A DNA stretch of 64,000 nt from Auanema rhodensis (taxonomy: Eukaryota; Animalia; Nematoda), in contig OZ059896.1 of assembly GCA_964057225.1 (NCBI GenBank), positions 15,004,001-15,068,000 of the forward strand, given 5' to 3'. Under the pieces are notes generated by a model, which saw only the letters and a list, made by a program, of their open reading frames with translations, did no database searches and was not told the origin of the DNA. The position numbers were made by a program, and so were the translations under genes. This document shows, in pieces, positions 10,248 through 25,200 of the stretch (positions are counted from its first letter, which is position 1; every line of letters begins with the position of its first letter).

Positions 10248-13200
10248 CTACCAACTGAGCTATCGACGGAACGAATCTGTTGTTTTCAGAGGTTATTGTC
10301 AATAACTGATATCTACACTTCTACAGTCCTCCGCTCTACCAACTGAGCTATCGACGGAACGAATCTGTTGTTTTCCAAAGTGATTGTCAATAACTACAAT
10401 AATCTATATTGAAAATCGAAAAAAGAAAAGAAACTCCGTCGAGCCTAACTTCTACAATCCTCCGCTCTACCAACTGAGCTATCGACGGAACGAAGCTGTT
10501 GTTTTCAGAGGTTATTGTCAATAACTGCTATAATCAATATTTTAAATGGAACAAAAAGAAAATAAACTCAGTCGAGCCAGATTCGAACCAGCGACCTAAG
10601 GATATCTACACTTCTACAGTCCTCCGCTCTACCAACTGAGCTATCGACGGAACGAATCTGTTGTTTTCAGAGGTTATTGTCAATAACTGCTATAATCAAT
10701 ATTTTAAATGGAAGAAAAAGAAAAGAAACTCCGTCGAGCCGGATTCGAACCAGCGACCTAAGGATATCTACACTTCTACAGTCCTCCAATCTACCAACTG
10801 AGCTATCGACGGAACGAATCTGTTGTTTTCCGAAGTGATTGTCAATAACTATTATAATCAATATTGAAAAAAAAAAAGAAAAGAAACTCCGTCGAGCCGG
10901 ATTCGAACCAGCGACCTAAGGATATCTACACTTCTACAGTCCTCCGCTCTACCAACTGAGCTATCGACGGAAGGAATCTGTTGTTTTCAGAGGTTATTGT
11001 CAATAACTGATATCTACACTTCTACAGTCCTCCGCTCTACCAACTGAGCTATCGACGGAACGAATCTGTTGTTTTCCAAAGTGATTGTCAATAACTACTA
11101 TAATCTATATTGAAAATCGAAAAAAGAAAAGAAACTCCGTCGAGCCTAACTTCTACAATCCTCCGCTCTACCAACTGAGCTATCGACGGAACGAAGCTGT
11201 TGTTTTCAGAGGTTATTGTCAATAACTGCTATAATCAATATTTTAAATGGAACAAAAAGAAAAGAAACTCCGTCGAGCCGGATTCGAACCAGCGACCTAA
11301 GGATATCTACACACTCTACAGTCCTCCGCTCTACCAACTGAGCTATCGACGGAACGAATCTGTTGTTTTCAGAGGTTATTGTCAATAACTGCTATAATCA
11401 ATATTTTAAATGGAAGAAAAAGAAAAGAAATTCCGTCGAGCCGGATTCGAACCAGCGACCTAAGGATATCTACACTTCTACAATCCTCCGCTCTACCAAC
11501 TGAGCTATCGACGGAACGAATCTGTTGTTTTCAGAGGTTATTGTCAATAACTGATATCGACACTTCTACAGTCCTCCGCTCTACCAACTGAACTATCGAC
11601 GGAACGAATCTGTTGTTTTCCAAAGAGATTGTCAATAACTACTATAATCTATATTGAAAATCGAAAAAAGAAAAGAAACTCCGTCGAGCCTAACTTCTAC
11701 AATCCTCCGCTCTACCAACTGAGCTATCGACGGAACGAAGCTGTTGTTTTCAGAGGTTATTGTCAATAACTGCTATAATCAATATTTTAAATGGAACAAA
11801 AAGAAAATAAACTCAGTCGAGCCAGATTCGAACCAGCGACCTAAGGATATCTACACTTCTACAGTCCTCCGCTCTACCAACTGAGCTATCGACGGAACGA
11901 ATCTGTTGTTTTCAGAGGTTATTGTCAATAACTGCTATAATCAATATTTTAAATGGAAGAAAAAGAAAAGAAACTCCGTCGAGCCGGATTCGAACCAGCG
12001 ACCTAAGGATATCTACACTTCTACAGTCCTCCAATCTACCAACTGAGCTATCGACGGAACGAATCTGTTGTTTTCCGAAGTGATTGTCAATAACTATTAT
12101 AATCAATATTGAAAAAAAAAAAAGAAAAGAAACTCCGTCGAGCCGGATTCGAACCAGCGACCTAAGGATATCTACACTTCTACAGTCCTCCGCTCTACCA
12201 ACTGAGCTATCGACGGAACGAATCTGTTGTTTTCCAAAGAGATTGTCAATAACTACTATAATCTATATTGAAAATCGAAAAAAGAAAAGAAACTCCGTCG
12301 AGCCTAACTTCTACAATCCTCCGCTCTACCAACTGAGCTATCGACGGAACGAAGCTGTTGTTTTCAGAGGTTATTGTCAATAACTGCTATAATCAATATT
12401 TTAAATGGAACAAAAAGAAAATAAACTCAGTCGAGCCAGATTCGAACCAGCGACCTAAGGATATCTACACTTCTACAGTCCTCCGCTCTACCAACTGAGC
12501 TATCGACGGAACGAATCTGTTGTTTTCAGAGGTTATTGTCAATAACTGCTATAATCAATATTTTAAATGGAAGAAAAAGAAAAGAAACTCCGTCGAGCCG
12601 GATTCGAACCAGCGACCTAAGGATATCTACACTTCTACAGTCCTCCAATCTACCAACTGAGCTATCGACGGAACGAATCTGTTGTTTTCCGAAGTGATTG
12701 TCAATAACTATTATAATCAATATTGAAAAAAAAAAAAGAAAAGAAACTCCGTCGAGCCTAACTTCTACAATCCTCCGCTCTACCAACTGAGCTATCGACG
12801 GAACGAATCTGTTGTTTTCAGAGGTTATTGTCAATAACTGATATCTACACTTCTACAGTCCTCCGCTCTACCAACTGAACTATCGACGGAACGAATCTGT
12901 TGTTTTCCAAAGAGATTGTCAATAACTACTATAATCTATATTGAAAATCGAAAAAAGAAAAGAAACTCCGTCGAGCCTAACTTCTACAATCCTCCGCTCT
13001 ACCAACTGAGCTATCGACGGAACGAAGCTGTTGTTTTCAGAGGTTATTGTCAATAACTGCTATAATCAATATTTTAAATGGAACAAAAAGAAAATAAACT
13101 CAGTCGAGCCAGATTCGAATCAGCGACCTAAGGATATCTACACTTCTACAGTCCTCCGCTCTACCAACTGAGCTATCGACGGAACGAATCTGTTGTTTTC

Positions 13201-16200
13201 AGAGGTTATTGTCAATAACTGCTATAATCAATATTTTAAATGGAAGAAAAAGAAAAGAAACTCCGTCGAGCCGGATTCGAACCAGCGACCTAAGGATATC
13301 TACACTTCTACAGTCCTCCAATCTACCAACTGAGCTATCGACGGAACGAATCTGTTGTTTTCCGAAGTGATTGTCAATAACTATTATAATCAATATTGAA
13401 AAAAAAAAAAGAAAAGAAACTCCGTCGAGCCTAACTTCTACAATCCTCCGCTCTACCAACTGAGCTATCGACGGAACGAAGCTGTTGTTTTCAGAGGTTA
13501 TTGTCAATAACTGCTATAATCAATATTTTAAATGGAACAAAAAGAAAATAAACTCAGTCGAGCCAGATTCGAACCAGCGACCTAAGGATATCTACACTTC
13601 CACAGTCCTCCGCTCTACCAACTGAGCTATCGACGGAACGAATCTGTTGTTTTCAGAGGTTATTGTCAATAACTGCTATAATCAATATTTTAAATGGAAG
13701 AAAAAGAAAAGAAACTCCGTCGAGCCGGATTCGAACCAGCGACCTAAGGATATCTACACTTCTACAGTCCTCCGCTCTACCAACTGAGCTATCGACGGAA
13801 CGAATCTGTTGTTTTCCGAAGTGATTGTCAATAACTACTATAATCTATATTGAAAATCGAAAAAAAAGAAGAAACTCCGTCGAGCCTAACTTCTACAATC
13901 CTCCGCTCTACCAACTGAGCTATCGACGGAACGAATCTGTTGTTTTGCGAAGTGATTGTCAATAACTACTATAATCTATATTGAAAATCGAAAAAAGAGA
14001 AGAAACTCCGTCGAGCCTAACTTCTACAATCCTCCGCTCTACCAACTGAGCTATCGACGGAACGAATCTGTTCTTTTCAGAGGTTATTGTCAATAACTGC
14101 TATAATCAATATTTTAAATGGAACAAAAAGAAAAGAAACTCCGTCGAGCCGGATTCGAACCAGCGACCTAAGGATATCTACACTTCTACAGTCCTCCGCT
14201 CTACCAACTGAGCTATCGACGGAACGAATCTGTTGTTTTCCGAAGTGATTGTCAATAACTACTATAATCTATATTGAAAATCGAAAAAAAAGAAGAAACT
14301 CCGTCGAGCCTAACTTCTACAATCCTCCGCTCTACCAACTGAGCTATCGACGGAACGAATCTGTTGTTTTGCGAAGTGATTGTCAATAACTACTATAATC
14401 TATATTGAAAATCGAAAAAAGAGAAGAAACTCCGTCGAGCCTAACTTCTACAATCCTCCGCTCTACCAACTGAGCTATCGACGGAACGAATCTGTTCTTT
14501 TCAGAGGTTATTGTCAATAACTGCTATAATCAATATTTTAAATGGAAGAAAAAGAAAAGAAACTCCGTCGAGCCGGATTCGAACCAGCGACCTAAGGATA
14601 TCTACACTTCTACAGTCCTCCGCTCTACCAACTGAGCTATCGACGGAACGAATCTGTTGTTTTCCGAAGTGATTGTCAATAACTACTATAATCTATATTG
14701 AAAATCGAAAAAAAAGAAGAAACTCCGTCGAGCCTAACTTCTACAATCCTCCGCTCTACCAACTGAGCTATCGACGGAACGAATCTGTTGTTTTGCGAAG
14801 TGATTGTCAATAACTACTATAATCTATATTGAAAATCGAAAAAAGAGAAGAAACTCCGTCGAGCCTAACTTCTACAATCCTCCGCTCTACCAACTGAGCT
14901 ATCGACGGAACGAATCTGTTGTTTTCAGAGGTTATTGTCAATAACTGATATCTACACTTCTACAGTCCTCCGCTCTACCAACTGAACTATCGACGGAACG
15001 AATCTGTTGTTTTCCAAAGTGATTGTCAATAACTACTATAATCTATATTGAAAATCGAAAAAAGAAAAGAAACTCCGTCGAGCCTAACTTCTACAATCCT
15101 CCGCTCTACCAACTGAGCTATCGACGGAACGAAGCTGTTGTTTTCAGAGGTTATTGTCAATAACTGCTATAATCAATATTTTAAATGGAACAAAAAGAAA
15201 AGAAACTCCGTCGAGCCGGATTCGAACCAGCGACCTAAGGATATCTACACTTCTACAGTCCTCCGCTCTACCAACTGAGCTATCGACGGAACGAATCTGT
15301 TGTTTTCAGAGGTTATTGTCAATAACTGCTATAATCAATATTTTAAATGGAAGAAAAAGAAAAGAAATTCCGTCGAGCCGGATTCGAACCAGCGACCTAA
15401 GGATATCTACACTTCTACAGTCCTCCGCTCTACCAACTGAGCTATCGACGGAACGAATCTGTTGTTTTCCGAAGTGATTGTCAATAACTACTATAATCTA
15501 TATTGAAAATCGAAAAAAGAGAAGAAACTCCGTCGAGCCTAACTTCTACAATCCTCCGCTCTACCAACTGAGCTATCGACGGAACGAATCTGTTGTTTTC
15601 AGAGGTTATTGTCAATAACTGATATCTACACTTCTACAGTCCTCCGCTCTACCAACTGAACTATCGACGGAACGAATCTGTTGTTTTCCAAAGTGATTGT
15701 CAATAACTACTATAATCTATATTGAAAATCGAAAAAAGAAAAGAAACTCCGTCGAGCCTAACTTCTACAATCCTCCGCTCTACCAACTGAGCTATCGACG
15801 GAACGAAGCTGTTGTTTTCAGAGGTTATTGTCAATAACTGCTATAATCAATATTTTAAATGGAAGAAAAAGAAATGAAACTCCGTCGAGCCGGATTCGAA
15901 CCAGCGACCTAAGGATATCTACACTTCTACAGTCCTCCGCTCTACCAACTGAGCTATCGACGGAACGAATCTGTTGTTTTCAGAGGTTATTGTCAATAAC
16001 TGCTATAATCAATATTTTGAATGGAAGAAAAAGAAAAGAAACTCCGTCGAGCCGGATTCGAACCTGCGACCTAAGGATATCTACACTTCTACAGTCCTCC
16101 GCTCTACCAACTGAGCTATCGACGGAACGAATCTGTTGTTTTCAGAGGTTATTGTCAATAACTGATATCTACACTTCTACAGTCCTCCGCTCTACCAACT

Positions 16201-19200
16201 GAGCTATCGACGAAACGAATCTGTTGTTTTCCAAAGTGATTGTCAATAACTACTATAATCTATATTGAAAATCGAAAAAAGAAAAGAAACTCCGTCGAGC
16301 CTAACTTCTACAATCCTCCGCTCTACCAACTGAGCTATCGACGAAACGAATCTGTTGTTTTCCAAAGTGATTGTCAATAACTACTATAATCTATATTGAA
16401 AATCGAAAAAAGAAATGAAACTCCGTCGAGCCGGATTCGAACCAGCGACCTAAGGATATCTACACTTCTACAGTCCTCCGCTCTACCAACTGAGCTATCG
16501 ACGGAACGAATCTGTTGTTTTCAGAGGTTATTGTCAATAACTGCTATAATCAATATTTTAAATGGAAGAAAAAGAAAAGAAATTCGGTCGAGCCGGATTC
16601 GAACCAGCGACCTAAGGATATCTACACTTCTACAGTCCTCCGCTCTACCAACTGAGCTATCGACGAAACGAATCTGTTGTTTTCCGAAGTGATTGTCAAT
16701 AACTACTATAATCTATATTGAAAATCGAAAAAAGAGAAGAAACTCCGTCGAGCCTAACTTCTACAATCCTCCGCTCTACCAACTGAGCTATCGACGGAAC
16801 GAATCTGTTCTTTTCAGAGGTTATTGTCAATAACTGCTATAATCAATATTTTAAGTAGAGCAAAAAGAAAAGAAACTCCGTCGAGCCGGATTCGAACCAG
16901 CGACCTAAGGATATCTCCACTTCTACAGTCCTCCGCTCTACCAACTGAGCTATCGACGGAACGAATCTGTTGTTTTCAGAGGTTATTGTCAATAACTGCT
17001 ATAATCAATATTTTAAATGGAACAAAAAGAAAAGAAACTCCGTCGAGCCGGATTCGAACCAGCGACATAAGGATATCTCCACTTCTACAGTCCTCCGCTC
17101 TACCAACTGAGCTATCGACGGAACGAATCTGTTGTTTTCAGAGGTTATTGTCAATAACTGCTATAATCAATATTTTAAATGGAACAAAAAGAAAAGAAAC
17201 TCCGTCGAGCCGGATTCGAACCAGCGACCTAAGGATATCTCCACTTCTACAGTCCTCCGCTCTACCAACTGAGCTATCGACGGAACGAATCTGTTGTTTT
17301 CAGAGGTTATTGTCAATAACTGCTATAATCAATATTTTAAATGGAAGAAAAAGAAAAAAAACTCCGTCGAGCCGGATTCGAACCAGCGACCTAAGGATAT
17401 CTCCACTTCTACAGTCCTCCGCTCTACCAACTGAACTATCGACGGAACGAATCTGTTGTTTTCAGAGGTTATTGTCAATAACTGCTATAATCAATATTTT
17501 AAAGGGAAGAAAAAGAAAAGAAACTCCGTCGAGCCGGATTCGAACCAGCGACCTAAGGATATCTACACTTCTACAGTCCTCCGCTCTACCAACTCAGCTA
17601 TCGACGGAACGAATCTGTTGTTTTCCAAAGTGATTGTCAATAACTACTATAATCTATATTGAAAATCGAAAAAAGAAAAGAAACTCCGTCGAGCCTAACT
17701 TCTACAATCCTCCGCTCTACCAACTGAGCTATCGACGGAACGAAGCTGTTGTTTTCAGAGGTTATTGTCAATAACTGCTATAATCAATATTTTAAATGGA
17801 ACAAAAAGAAAAGAAACTCCGTCGAGCCGGATTCGAACCAGCGACCTAAGGATATCTACACTTCTACAGTCCTCCGCTCTACCAACTGAGCTATCGACGG
17901 AACGAATCTGTTGTTTTCCAAAGTGATTGTCAATAACTACTATAATCTATATTGAAAATCGAAAAAAGAAAAGAAACTCCGCCGAGCCTAACTTCTACAA
18001 TCCTCCGCTCTACCAACTGAGCTATCGACGGAACGAAGCTGTTGTTTTCAGAGGTTATTGTCAATAACTGCTATAATCAATATTTTAAATGGAACAAAAA
18101 GAAAAGAAACTCCGTCGAGCCGGATTCGAACCAGCGACCTAAGGATATCTACACTTCTACAGTCCTCCGCTCTACCAACTGAGCTATCGACGGAACGAAG
18201 CTGTTGTTTTCAGAGGTTATTGTCAATAACTATTATAATCAATATTGAAAAAAAAAAAAGAAAAGAAACTCCGTCGAGCCGGATTCGAACCAGCGACCTA
18301 AGGATATCTACACTTCTACAGTCCTCCGCTCTACCAACTGAGCTATCGACGGAACGAATCTGTTGTTTTCCAAAGTGATTGTCAATAACTACTATAATCT
18401 ATATTGAAAATCGAAAAAAGAAAAGAAACTCCGCCGAGCCTAACTTCTACAATCCTCCGCTCTACCAACTGAGCTATCGACGGAACGAATCTGTTGTTTT
18501 CAGAGGTTATTGTCAATAACTGCTATAATCAATATTTTAAATGGAAGAAAAAGAAAAGAAATTCCGTCGAGCCGGATTCGAACCAGCGACCTAAGGATAT
18601 CTACACTTCTACAGTCCTCCGCTCTACCAACTGAGCTATCGACGGAACGAATCTGTTGTTTTCCAAAGTGATTGTCAATAACTACTATAATCTATATTGA
18701 AAATCGAAAAAAGAGAAGAAACTCCGTCGAGCCTAACTTCTACAATCCTCCGCTCTACCAACTGAGCTATCGACGGAACGAATCTGTTCTTTTCAGAGGT
18801 TATTGTCAATAACTGCTATAATCAATATTTTAAGTAGAGCAAAAAGAAAAGAAACTCCGTCGAGCCGGATTCGAACCAGCGACCTAAGGATATCTACACT
18901 TCTACAGTCCTCCGCTCTACCAACTGAGCTATCGACGGAACGAATCTGTTGTTTTCAGAGGTTATTGTCAATAACTGCTATAATCAATATTTTAAATGGA
19001 ACAAAAAGAAAAGAAACTCCGTCGAGCCGGATTCGAACCAGCGACCTAAGGATATCACCACTTCTACAGTCCTCCGCTCTACCAACTGAGCTATCGACGG
19101 AACGAAGCTGTTGTTTTCAGAGGTTATTGTCAATAACTGCTATAATCAATATTTTAAATGGAACAAAAAGAAAAGAAACTCCGTCGAGCCGGATTCGAAC

Positions 19201-22200
19201 CAGCCACCTAAGGATATCTCCACTTCTACAGTCCTCCGCTCTAACAACTGAGCTATCGACGGAACGAATCTGTTGTTTTCAGAGGTTATTGTCAATAACT
19301 GATATCTACACTTCTACAGTCCTCCGCTCTACCAACTGAGCTATCGACGGAACGAATCTGTTGTTTTCCAAAGTGATTGTCAATAACTACTATAATCTAT
19401 ATTGAAAATCGAAAAAAGAAAAGAAACTCCGTCGAGCCTAACTTCTACAATCCTCCGCTCTACCAACTGAGCTATCGACGGAACGAAGCTGTTGTTTTCA
19501 GAGGTTATTGTCAATAACTGCTATAATCAATATTTTAAATGGAACAAAAAGAAAATAAACTCAGTCGAGCCAGATTCGAACCAGCGACCTAAGGATATCT
19601 ACACTTCTACAGTCCTCCGCTCTACCAACTGAGCTATCGACGGAACGAATCTGTTGTTTTCAGAGGTTATTGTCAATAACTGCTATAATCAATATTTTAA
19701 ATGGAAGAAAAAGAAAAGAAACTCCGTCGAGCCGGATTCGAACCAGCGACCTAAGGATATCTCCACTTCTACAGTCCTCCGCTCTACCAACTGAGCTATC
19801 GACGGAACGAATCTGTTGTTTTCAGAGGTTATTGTCAATAACTGCTATAATCAATATTTTAAATGGAACAAAAAGAAAAGAAACTCCGTCGAGCCGGATT
19901 CGAACCAGCGACCTAAGGATATCTCCACTTCTACAGTCCTCCGCTCTACCAACTGAGCTATCGACGGAACGAATCTGTTGTTTTCAGAGGTTATTGTCAA
20001 TAACTGCTATAATCAATATTTTAAATGGAACAAAAAGAAAAGAAACTCCGTCGAGCCGGATTCAAACCAGCGACCTAAGGATATCTCCACTTCTACAGTC
20101 CTCCGCTCTACCAACTGAGCTATCGACGGAACGAATCTGTTGTTTTCAGAGGTTATTGTCAATAACTGCTATAATCAATATTTTAAATGGAAGAAAAAGA
20201 AAAAAAACTCCGTCGAGCCGGATTCGAACCAGCGACCTAAGGATATCTCCACTTCTACAGTCCTCCGCTCTACCAACTGAGCTATCGACGGAACGAATCT
20301 GTTGTTTTCAGAGGTTATTGTCAATAACTGCTATAATCAATATTTTAAATGGAACAAAAAGAAAAGAAACTCCGTCGAGCCGGATTCAAACCAGCGACCT
20401 AAGGATATCTCCACTTCTACAGTCCTCCGCTCTACCAACTGAGCTATCGACGGAACGAATCTGTTGTTTTCAGAGGTTATTGTCAATAACTGCTATAATC
20501 AATATTTTAAATGGAAGAAAAAGAAAAAAAACTCCGTCGAGCCGGATTCGAACCAGCGACCTAAGGATATCTCCACTTCTACAGTCCTCCGCTCTACCAA
20601 CTGAGCTATCGACGGAACGAATCTGTTGTTTTCAGAGGTTATTGTCAATAACTGCTATAATCAATATTTTAAAGGGAAGAAAAAGAAAAGAAACTCCGTC
20701 GAGCCGGATTCGAACCAGCGACCTAAGGATATCTACACTTCTACAGTCCTCCGCTCTACCAACTCAGCTATCGACGGAACGAATCTGTTGTTTTCCAAAG
20801 TGATTGTCAATAACTACTATAATCTATATTGAAAATCGAAAAAAGAAAAGAAACTCCGTCGAGCCTAACTTCTACAATCCTCCGCTCTACCAACTGAGCT
20901 ATCGACGGAACGAAGCTGTTGTTTTCAGAGGTTATTGTCAATAACTGCTATAATCAATATTTTAAATGGAACAAAAAGAAAAGAAACTCCGTCGAGCCGG
21001 ATTCGAACCAGCGACCTAAGGATATCTACACTTCTACAGTCCTCCGCTCTACCAACTGAGCTATCGACGGAACGAATCTGTTGTTTTCAGAGGTTATTGT
21101 CAATAACTGCTATAGTCAATATTTTAAAGGGAAGAAAAAGAAAAGAAACTCCGTCGAGCCGGATTCGAACCAGCGACCTAAGGATATCTACACTTCTACA
21201 GTCCTCCGCTCTACCAACTGAGCTATCGACGGAACGAATCTGTTGTTTTCCAAAGTGATTGTCAATAACTACTATAATCTATATTGAAAATCGAAAAAAG
21301 AAAAGAAACTCCGTCGAGCCTAACTTCTACAATCCTCCGCTCTACCAACTGAGCTATCGACGGAACGAAGCTGTTGTTTTCAGAGGTTATTGTCAATAAC
21401 TGCTATAATCAATATTTTAAATGGAAGAAAAAGAAAAGAAACTCCGTCGAGCCGGATTCGAACCAGCGACCTAAGGATATCTACACTTCTACAGTCCTCC
21501 GCTCTACCAACTGAGCTATCGACGGAACGAATCTGTTGTTTTCCAAAGTGATTGTCAATAACTACTATAATCTATATTGAAAATCGAAAAAAGAAAAGAA
21601 ACTAAGCCGAGCCTAACTTCTACAATCCTCCGCTCTACCAACTGAGCTATCGACGGAACGAAGCTGTTGTTTTCAGAGGTTATTGTCAATAACTGCTATA
21701 ATCAATATTTTAAATGGAACAAAAAGAAAAGAAACTCCGTCGAGCCGGATTCGAACCAGCGACCTAAGGATATCTACACTTCTACAGTCCTCCGCTCTAC
21801 CAACTGAGCTATCGACGGAACGAATCTGTTGTTTTCAGAGGTTATTGTCAATAACTGCTATAATCTATATTGAAAATCGAAAAAAGAAAAGAAACTCCGC
21901 CGAGCCTAACTTCTACAATCCTCCGCTCTACCAACTGAGCTATCGACGGAACGAAGCTGTTGTTTTCAGAGGTTATTGTCAATAACTGCTATAATCAATA
22001 TTTTAAATGGAACAAAAAGAAAAGAAACTCCGTCGAGCCGGATTCGAACCAGCGACCTAAGGATATCTACACTTCTACAGTCCTCCGCTCTACCAACTGA
22101 GCTATCGACGGAACGAATCTGTTGTTTTCCAAAGTGATTGTCAATAACTACTATAATCTATATTGAAAATCGAAAAAAGAAAAGAAACTCCGCCGAGCCT

Positions 22201-25200
22201 AACTTCTACAATCCTCCGCTCTACCAACTGAGCTATCGACGGAACGAAGCTGTTGTTTTCAGAGGTTATTGTCAATAACTGCTATAATCAATATTTTAAA
22301 TGGAACAAAAAGAAAAGAAACTCCGTCGAGCCGGATTCGAACCAGCGACCTAAGGATATCTACACTTCTACAGTCCTCCGCTCTACCAACTGAGCTATCG
22401 ACGGAACGAATCTGTTGTTTTCAGAGGTTATTGTCAATAACTATTATAATCAATATTGAAAAAAAAAAAAGAAAAGAAACTCCGTCGAGCCGGATTCGAA
22501 CCAGCGACCTAAGGATATCTACACTTCTACAGTCCTCCGCTCTACCAACTGAGCTATCGACGGAACGAATCTGTTGTTTTCCAAAGTGATTGTCAATAAC
22601 TACTATAATCTATATTGAAAATCGAAAAAAGAAAAGAAACTCCGCCGAGCCTAACTTCTACAATCCTCCGCTCTACCAACTGAGCTATCGACGGAACGAA
22701 GCTGTTGTTTTCAGAGGTTATTGTCAATAACTGCTATAATCAATATTTTAAATGGAACAAAAAGAAAAGAAACTCCGTCGAGCCGGATTCGAACCAGCGA
22801 CCTAAGGATATCTACACTTCTACAGTCCTCCGCTCTACCAACTGAGCTATCGACGGAACGAATCTGTTGTTTTCAGAGGTTATTGTCAATAACTGCTATA
22901 ATCAATATTTTAAATGGAAGAAAAAGAAAAGAAATTCCGTCGAGCCGGATTCGAACCAGCGACCTAAGGATATCTACACTTCTACAGTCCTCCGCTCTAC
23001 CAACTGAGCTATCGACGGAACGAATCTGTTGTTTTCCAAAGTGATTGTCAATAACTACTATAATCTATATTGAAAATCGAAAAAAGAGAAGAAACTCCGT
23101 CGAGCCTAACTTCTACAATCCTCCGCTCTACCAACTGAGCTATCGACGGAACGAATCTGTTCTTTTCAGAGGTTATTGTCAATAACTGCTATAATCAATA
23201 TTTTAAGTAGAGCAAAAAGAAAAGAAACTCCGTCGAGCCGGATTCGAACCAGCGACCTAAGGATATCTACACTTCTACAGTCCTCCGCTCTACCAACTGA
23301 GCTATCGACGGAACGAATCTGTTGTTTTCAGAGGTTATTGTCAATAACTGCTATAATCAATATTTTAAATGGAACAAAAAGAAAAGAAACTCCGTCGAGC
23401 CGGATTCGAACCAGCGACCTAAGGATATCACCACTTCTACAGTCCTCCGCTCTACCAACTGAGCTATCGACGGAACGAAGCTGTTGTTTTCAGAGGTTAT
23501 TGTCAATAACTGCTATAATCAATATTTTAAATGGAACAAAAAGAAAAGAAACTCCGTCGAGCCGGATTCGAACCAGCGACCTAAGGATATCACCACTTCT
23601 ACAGTCCTCCGCTCTACCAACTGAGCTATCGACGGAACGAAGCTGTTCTTTTCAGAGGTTATTGTCAATAACTGCTATAATCAATATTTTAAGTAGAGCA
23701 AAAAGAAAAGAAACTCCGTCGAGCCGGATTCGAACCAGCGACCTAAGGATATCTACACTTCTACAGTCCTCCGCTCTACCAACTGAGCTATCGACGGAAC
23801 GAATCTGTTGTTTTCAGAGGTTATTGTCAATAACTGCTATAATCAATATTTTAAATGGAACAAAAAGAAAAGAAACTCCGTCGAGCCGGATTCGAACCAG
23901 CGACCTAAGGATATCACCACTTCTACAGTCCTCCGCTCTACCAACTGAGCTATCGACGGAACGAATCTGTTCTTTTCAGAGGTTATTGTCAATAACTGCT
24001 ATAATCAATATTTTAAGTAGAGCAAAAAGAAAAGAAACTCCGTCGAGCCGGATTCGAACCAGCGACCTAAGGATATCTACACTTCTACAGTCCTCCGCTC
24101 TACCAACTGAGCTATCGACGGAACGAATCTGTTGTTTTCAGAGGTTATTGTCAATAACTGCTATAATCAATATTTTAAGTAGAGCAAAAAGAAAAGAAAC
24201 TCCGTCGAGCCGGATTCGAACCAGCGACCTAAGGATATCACCACTTCTACAGTCCTCCGCTCTACCAACTGAGCTATCGACGGAACGAAGCTGTTGTTTT
24301 CAGAGGTTATTGTCAATAACTGCTATAATCAATATTTTAAATGGAACAAAAAGAAAAGAAACTCCGTCGAGCCGGATTCGAACCAGCCACCTAAGGATAT
24401 CTCCACTTCTACAGTCCTCCGCTCTAACAACTGAGCTATCGACGGAACGAATCTGTTGTTTTCAGAGGTTATTGTCAATAACTGATATCTACACTTCTAC
24501 AGTCCTCCGCTCTACCAACTGAGCTATCGACGGAACGAATCTGTTGTTTTCCAAAGTGATTGTCAATAACTACTATAATCTATATTGAAAATCGAAAAAA
24601 GAAAAGAAACTCCGTCGAGCCTAACTTCTACAATCCTCCGCTCTACCAACTGAGCTATCGACGGAACGAAGCTGTTGTTTTCAGAGGTTATTGTCAATAA
24701 CTGCTATAATCAATATTTTAAATGGAACAAAAAGAAAAGAAACTCAGTCGAGCCAGATTCGAACCAGCGACCTAAGGATATCTACACTTCTACAGTCCTC
24801 CGCTCTACCAACTGAGCTATCGACGGAACGAATCTGTTGTTTTCAGAGGTTATTGTCAATAACTGATATCTACACTTCTACAGTCCTCCGCTCTACCAAC
24901 TGAGCTATCGACGGAACGAATCTGTTGTTTTCCAAAGTGATTGTCAATAACTACTATAATCTATATTGAAAATCGAAAAAAGAAAAGAAACTCCGTCGAG
25001 CCGGATTCGAACCAGCGACCTAAGGATATCTACACTTCTACAGTCCTCCGCTCTACCAACTGAGCTATCGACGGAACGAATCTGTTGTTTTCAGAGGTTA
25101 TTGTCAATAACTGCTATAATCAATATTTTAAATGGAACAAAAAGAAAAGAAACTCCGTCGAGCCGGATTCGAACCAGCGACCTAAGGATATCTCCACTTC

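Noticed and set aside
6671-10305. Short ORFs in the LTR element as gag/pol/env
   Set aside because: No zinc knuckle, protease, RT, RNase H or integrase motifs; the hydrophobic ORFs come from T-rich LTR sequence.
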